64,000 bases of DNA from the NCBI GenBank assembly GCA_041690595.1, contig JAWLHB010000012.1, positions 100,785 through 164,784 on the forward strand. The letters are read 5' to 3'. The notes under the pieces were generated by a model. The model had not been told where the DNA came from. It did not search any database and saw nothing but the letters and a program-made list of their open reading frames with translations. Every line of letters starts with the position of its first letter. The stretch's first letter is position 1. Both the position numbers and the translations under genes were made by a program. Below are positions 59,323 through 64,000 of the stretch, one piece after another. This DNA is from Lentisphaeria bacterium. GTDB lineage: Bacteria; Verrucomicrobiota; Lentisphaeria; JABSQK01; JAWLHB01.

Positions 59323-59787
59323 CTACGGTGCCTCTGTAGAGGGTGCCTTCTCCTTCAAGCTGTCCAAGTAAATCTGCTTCATTTTCCGGACGTGCTCAAC
59401 ATTATACCAGACGATAATCCTGTTGTTCGGCTCAAACCAAAACTCCAAGCCACTTTGTTGATCGCATAGCACTTGCAGCAAATACTCCACTGAAGTGGGC
59501 CCATGTACCAAGAAGAACTCATACTCTCCCTCCCAACCTTCTATTGGCAAGAGAGCTGCATCTGGCGCTACGTAGATTTTGATATTGGCTTCTGGAAAGA
59601 CCTTGTTAAGGCACTCCTGCATAGCCGCTAGCTTGACTGCGAGTGGCTCAGTTGGAGTCGTTTCCCAGAAAGCGATCCGACAATCCGCCATTAGCTGTGA
59701 GGACACTGTAAACTCTTTAAGCTCCTCCCCACAGGAATCCGCCGAAATGAAACTCAGCAAAGAACATAAAACAATAAAGATTCTCAT
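59323..59787 (-). CDS. Hypothetical exported protein
   Basis: GAGG RBS and signal peptide MRIFIVLCSLLSFISA. Confidence 0.65.
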   Translation of the reverse strand: MRIFIVLCSLLSFISADSCGEELKEFTVSSQLMADCRIAFWETTPTEPLAVKLAAMQECLNKVFPEANIKIYVAPDAALLPIEGWEGEYEFFLVHGPTSVEYLLQVLCDQQSGLEFWFEPNNRIIVWYNVEHVRKMKQIYLDSLKEKAPSTEAP

Positions 59788-59859
59788 TACATGACCTCGC
59801 ACCTGATGCGAAGTTAAAAGGTTCAATGTGGATTTCATCAAGCTGTTCGCTGCACAACC

Positions 59860-59930
59860 ATCAAGTCATTGATCGATCACATCCGTTCCAATGCATCGCA
59901 TCTCTCAAGTATAGCCCGATGATAATTTTC
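59860..59930 (-). pseudogene. C-terminal remnant of a paralog of 58800..59264 (repeat copy 2)
   Basis: Encodes ENYHRAILERCDALERM* versus DNYHRSILQRCDALERM* in the intact gene. Confidence 0.8.
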
Positions 59931-59999
59931 GAACTTTCTCGAGTTCGCTCCTTTCTTGTGCCAGGTGACGGTGGCGGCTGTGGTTGCTGGCTGATGCGG

Positions 60000-61037
60000 C
60001 TACTCCAGGGCCAGGTGTCGGCCGTCACCGAAAGACAGAATGTGGGCAAATCTTTTATATCTGTTACGCCACAGCTTGGCGCCAGTCTCCTTGTCCATGA
60101 TGACCAGTGACTCGTCAATGGGATCATCATAGGCTATCCGGTTATCGTCGACAAATACCGGTGTAGAAGCGCCCACGTCTCGTCCCGTAAACCTACGAAG
60201 TGGTCGAGCCGTAAGCCGTCCTTCAGGGGAGATCGTCAAACAGAAGATCGTCTTGTCCTTCAAGTTCCTGCTCGCCGCCAAGACAGCTTCATCCTTTGAG
60301 TTGAAGTTCCCACTTCCACACATGAAATTAGGGTGAAGGTCGATCTCGTCCATGAGCAGACCAGGTGTCACGCTGAGGTCAAACAAGCGCAACCGAACGC
60401 CTCCAGTGTCGTAGCCAGTTTCCGGGAGTATTGCGTATCGGCCATTGTGAAACCACACATTTTCAATCGTTATTCCGGAAACCAATGTCTTCTGCTGTAC
60501 AGGCCGCTTCGATATGTCGAACTGCTCAAGGGTGCATATCATATTCTTCCGCGTGGTGACAATTAGTTTGTCATTTGAAAGGAACGTAATACGCCCAATA
60601 AGAGTTTGTTCTTTGAGTGGCCCTTTGAAAGATGAAGAATATATTGCTGTTACCTCCTCAGACTCCATGTTCAACAATAGAACAAAAAACGTTTCTCCAT
60701 CGTAATATAAGTACGCCAAATGCCTTCCATCCGGCGATATCTCTCTATCCGTATGTACGTACCAGTACGGAACATAGATCGGTAGCAACTGATAAGAAAG
60801 AACATTTCCTTTCAAGTCACGTTTAAGCACAAAAGTCTGGTTATGATCCGTCTTGGTGATCGTGTACACGAAGTCGCTGTCCACTCCGGCACGAAGAAGC
60901 GATTCTATATACGGACTGGCGCGTGTGGGAAACTTGATCTTCTTTCCATCCACGTCGACCACCGAAAACTGATAGCTCCTGCAACCAAAAAGCTGAAACA
61001 TAGCCACCAGTACCAGCGATGTTACCATTAAACGCAT
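60000..61037 (-). CDS. Lipoprotein with probable beta-propeller (TolB-like) fold
   Basis: Lipobox LFGC; ISPDGRHLAY and ISPEGR blade motifs. Confidence 0.75.
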   Translation of the reverse strand: MRLMVTSLVLVAMFQLFGCRSYQFSVVDVDGKKIKFPTRASPYIESLLRAGVDSDFVYTITKTDHNQTFVLKRDLKGNVLSYQLLPIYVPYWYVHTDREISPDGRHLAYLYYDGETFFVLLLNMESEEVTAIYSSSFKGPLKEQTLIGRITFLSNDKLIVTTRKNMICTLEQFDISKRPVQQKTLVSGITIENVWFHNGRYAILPETGYDTGGVRLRLFDLSVTPGLLMDEIDLHPNFMCGSGNFNSKDEAVLAASRNLKDKTIFCLTISPEGRLTARPLRRFTGRDVGASTPVFVDDNRIAYDDPIDESLVIMDKETGAKLWRNRYKRFAHILSFGDGRHLALE

Positions 61038-61109
61038 TTTACCACCTACGGGGTTCGCTCCTTTCTTGTGCCAAGTGACGGTGGCGGCTGTGGTTGCTGG
61101 CTGATGCGG

Positions 61110-62143
61110 CTACTCCAGGGCCAGGTGTCGGCCGTCACCGAAAGACAGAATGTGGGCAAATCTTTTATATCTGTTACGCCACAGCTTGGTGCCAGTCTCC
61201 TTGTCCATGATGACCAGTGACTCGTCAATGGGATCATCATAGGCTATCCGGTTGTCGTCGACAAATACCGGTGAAGAAGCGCCGACGTTTCGTCCCGTAA
61301 AGGTACGCAATGGTCGAGCCGTCAGCCGTCCCTCGGGGGAGATCGTCAAACAGAAGATCGTCAGGTCCTTCAAGGTGCTCGCCGCCAGGACAGCTTCATT
61401 TATTGAGTTGAAGTCACCCGACCCACAGGTGAAGTTGGGGTATAGATCGATCTCGTCCATGAGCAGACCCGGTGTCACGCTGAGGTCAAACAGGCGCAAC
61501 CGAACGCCTCCAGTGTCGTAGCCAGTTTCCGGGAGTATTGCGTATCGGCCGTTGTGAAACCACTCATTTTCAATCTTGATTCCGGAAACCAATGTGTTCT
61601 GCTGCACAGGCCGCTTCGAAATGTCGAACTGCTCAAGAGCGCATATCATATTCTTCCGCGTGGTGACAATTAGTTTGTCATTTGAAAGGAACGTAATACG
61701 CCCAATAAGAGTTTGTTCTTTGAGTGGCCCTTTGAAGGATGAAGAATATATTGCTGTTACCTCCTCAGACTCCATGTTCAACAATCGAACAAAAAACGTT
61801 TCTCCATCGGAATATAAGTACGCCAAATGCCTTCCATCCGGCGATATCTCTCTATCCGTATGTACGTACCAGTACGGAACATAAATCGGCAGCAACTCAT
61901 AAGAAAGAACATTTCCTTCCAAGTCACGTTTAAGTACAAAGGTTTGGTTATGATCCGTCTTGGTGATTGTGTACACAAAGTTGGCGTCCACACCGGCACG
62001 AAGAAGCGATTCCAAGTACGAACTCGAGCGTGTGGGAAACTTGATCTTCTTTCCATCCACGTCGACCACCGCAAACTGATAGCTCCTGCAACCAAAAGCT
62101 GAAACATAGCCACCAGTACCAGAGATGTTACCATTAAACGCAT
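61110..62143 (-). pseudogene. Frameshifted paralog of 60000..61037
   Basis: A4 at 62094-62097 versus A5 at 60987-60991 disconnects the signal peptide from the intact downstream frame. Confidence 0.8.
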
Positions 62144-62151
62144 TTTACCAC

Positions 62152-62583
62152 CTACGGGGTTCGCTTTATCCATGGCTTTCTTTTCCCACCTACATATACA
62201 CATTTAATATCCCATTCATCCACCAATAATTTTGTTTGGTATTCGGCCTTATCCCATGCAAGTGCGTCGTCGTCAGGATGAAAACTCTTGTACAGGAATG
62301 ATTGTGGATGTCCAGTTCCTGGCAAATAAAATTTCGGACGAGTATACGGCCCCCCGGGAGGCGAAACCGACTTCCCAGGAGGAAGAAGAGCAGCTGGAAT
62401 CGCAATGAACCACCCAAATACATTGCCTCTTAGATCTTTGCCAAAGTGGGTGAAATTATCTTGCATGCGATGCATTGCGCGTTCGCATTTCTCCTTCTCG
62501 CAACATTTGGTCGCCTTATCGTTTCCACCAGAATCACAGAACTTCACATAAGCTCGCCTCTTCGCTTTTTGCCGAGCAATTTG
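62152..62583 (-). other. Headless Cys-rich ORF fragment, possible orphan polymorphic-toxin C-terminus
   Basis: Open frame QIARQKAKRRAYVKFCDSGG...KCCEKEKC...KRTP* with no convincing start; ends 8 nt before the next gene. Confidence 0.45.
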
Positions 62584-62601
62584 TCATTGCGGACGCAAAG
62601 G

Positions 62602-62868
62602 TTAAAGAATTAGAAACAAGCAGAAGACGATGGTGACAACAGCAATTATTACCAGGAATAAGGTGCTCGTCTTTCCTCCAATAATCGATCTTTGGAGAAT
62701 CTTACCAGATCGCTTATCAAACATTATGCTACATGTATTGCATATGTGGGGGACCTGGATACCGAAAAGCTCCTTTATGTTACTGATCCATTCGTCTGGA
62801 TGCATGCATGGTATTGCCCTTCTGCAATCGTCTTTTCCACAGTAAGGACATTTGATTGAGGTACTCAT
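62602..62868 (-). CDS. Small Zn-ribbon membrane protein
   Basis: CPYC...CNTC, C-terminal TM, AGGAG RBS. Confidence 0.65.
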   Translation of the reverse strand: MSTSIKCPYCGKDDCRRAIPCMHPDEWISNIKELFGIQVPHICNTCSIMFDKRSGKILQRSIIGGKTSTLFLVIIAVVTIVFCLFLIL

Positions 62869-62998
62869 TATAAGGGTATCTCCTGTCGACAAACAAACAA
62901 GCTATTCTTCTACTTTGTGGAAGTGTTTCCGAATAGAATCGCGAAGACAAGAAATGAGTAAGGGCGTATCAGGGTGAATAAGTTGAAGCATTGAGCAG

Positions 62999-63478
62999 TC
63001 ACGACTTAAATGTTTCATCACGGAAGGATGATGGTGTATCATTGTGTTCAAGAGTACGTAGAGAGAATCTATCCTCATGGGTGGTTTCAATCTCTTTTCC
63101 ACAGAACGGAGCAAAGTGTACGCAGGAATCCCAACCAAAGGCCTGAAGAAGATATAACCAAAGGCAGAGCATATCCCCTTGATTGTCCTCAAAAAGGATG
63201 CCTGGATGGTCAATAAGGTGATGACCTGCTGGTATTCCCCGATTGAGCGTCATTGCAATGCTCATCTCCGTCTCCGTGTACAGAGGCCAGTCTGTTATCC
63301 AGAGGAGCGCATGACGATAGGGTCCAACCCAGTTCATCACTTCCTCCATAAGCCGGAAAAGCCGACGTCCCGGTACTCTCGTCAAGAACGTCAGCTCAAG
63401 TGCCCCACGCATCCGCGGCGAATCCAGGCTGTGCAACTCGAGCCACTGTACGCACTCGTCTTTGGTAAGGCTCTGCAT
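62999..63478 (-). CDS. Hypothetical cytoplasmic protein, immunity-like by context
   Basis: GAGGA RBS before ATG 63478; LLWITDWP...PGILF...FGWD. Confidence 0.65.
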   Translation of the reverse strand: MQSLTKDECVQWLELHSLDSPRMRGALELTFLTRVPGRRLFRLMEEVMNWVGPYRHALLWITDWPLYTETEMSIAMTLNRGIPAGHHLIDHPGILFEDNQGDMLCLWLYLLQAFGWDSCVHFAPFCGKEIETTHEDRFSLRTLEHNDTPSSFRDETFKS

Positions 63479-63786
63479 GACGTCCTCATTCAATGATCAA
63501 CACAATGGAAGAAATTGCTTGGCTGTCTGATCATGCCATACGATAGCTCGCCATCGACTCGCGTACGAGTGGAAGATGATCCTGTGCTGGAAATGCGAGA
63601 ATTTCCTCAAGCTCCGAGGGGTGAGAGAAGAGCAGGCACTCGCGCCGCGCCTTGCGGCCCTCACTTGCTGGCCTTCTTGCGATCATCTGCCGGCAACGCT
63701 CGTTTACCATGCGGAACGCGATATAGTAGCCCATCCAACCTCGCTTACCCTTCTTCTCGTTCAACCGTCAGCCATGGAGCATAGTC

Positions 63787-64000
63787 ATGAGTGCCCCCGA
63801 ACGTGACCTTATCGATTCCCTCGCCAATGGCTACCGCGATGCTCAGATCGTCCTTGCCGCCGTCCGCCTCGACCTCTTCACCGCCATTGGTCGCGACGCG
63901 ATCCGTGCCGACGCGCTTGCCGCCAAGCTTGGCACCGACCCGCGCGCCACCCGCATTCTCTGCGACGCGTTGGCCGCGCTGCTGGTGCTGCGCAAGCGCG
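63787..64000 (+). CDS. O-methyltransferase (Methyltransf_2 family) dimerisation domain, 5' partial
   Basis: Hand translation: MSAPERDLIDSLANGYRDAQIVLAAVRLDLFTAIG...LAAKLGTDPRATRILCDALAALLVLRKR. Confidence 0.8.
   Translation, partial: MSAPERDLIDSLANGYRDAQIVLAAVRLDLFTAIGRDAIRADALAAKLGTDPRATRILCDALAALLVLRKR

Larger units (their letters stand above)
59943..62165. repeat. Tandem duplication of a ~1.1-kb unit
   Basis: 59943-61052 aligns with 61053-62158; GTTCGCT at all three junctions (59943, 61053, 62159). Confidence 0.95.
58640..63520. other. Low-GC island of small co-oriented minus-strand genes and gene remnants
   Basis: Visibly AT-richer than the flanks, with internal repeats and no integrase or transposase. 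Boundaries approximate. Confidence 0.8.

Noticed and set aside
58640..63520. Integron cassette array
   Set aside because: No intI. The junction motif GTTCGCT is not GTTRRRY and lies in the wrong orientation, and I found no convincing RYYYAAC...GTTRRRY attC hairpins between genes.
58781..63545. TGATCA(A/T)GCCAT at 58781 and 63528 as island att/target duplication
   Set aside because: Short and imperfect; the left copy belongs to the internal 68-bp repeat, so it may be chance.
63531..63764. 77-aa ORF at the island edge as a transposase or integrase remnant
   Set aside because: No catalytic motif recognised; TTG start without RBS.

Overview
High-GC bacterial chromosomal window from an LPS-making diderm (lpxA present). 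A PVC-superphylum, Lentisphaerae-like origin is inferred from gene style only. Superoxide reductase suggests a low-oxygen lifestyle. Most of the window is housekeeping and metabolism: aroE, aroB, recQ, pgsA, dprA-topA-lpxA, a FabK-like enzyme, SulP, a LarA-family racemase, a sigma54 regulator with an Hpt/response-regulator pair, and tRNA-Glu. The main finding is a compact four-gene type VII-like locus (7668-12641): three small WXG100-like genes, two with W-x-D motifs, plus a membrane-anchored EccC/EssC-like FtsK ATPase, facing an operon with an FHA-MoxR fusion. Other notable items are a 2062-aa transmembrane TPR protein coupled to a J-domain-like ORF, a TopA with three copies of an unusual C-terminal repeat, and a paralogous secreted-protein family at the left edge. 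A low-GC island (~58.6-63.5 kb) looks like a toxin-remnant/immunity array and contains a 1.1-kb tandem duplication with one frameshifted copy. All calls come from motif recognition by eye; no database searches were run.
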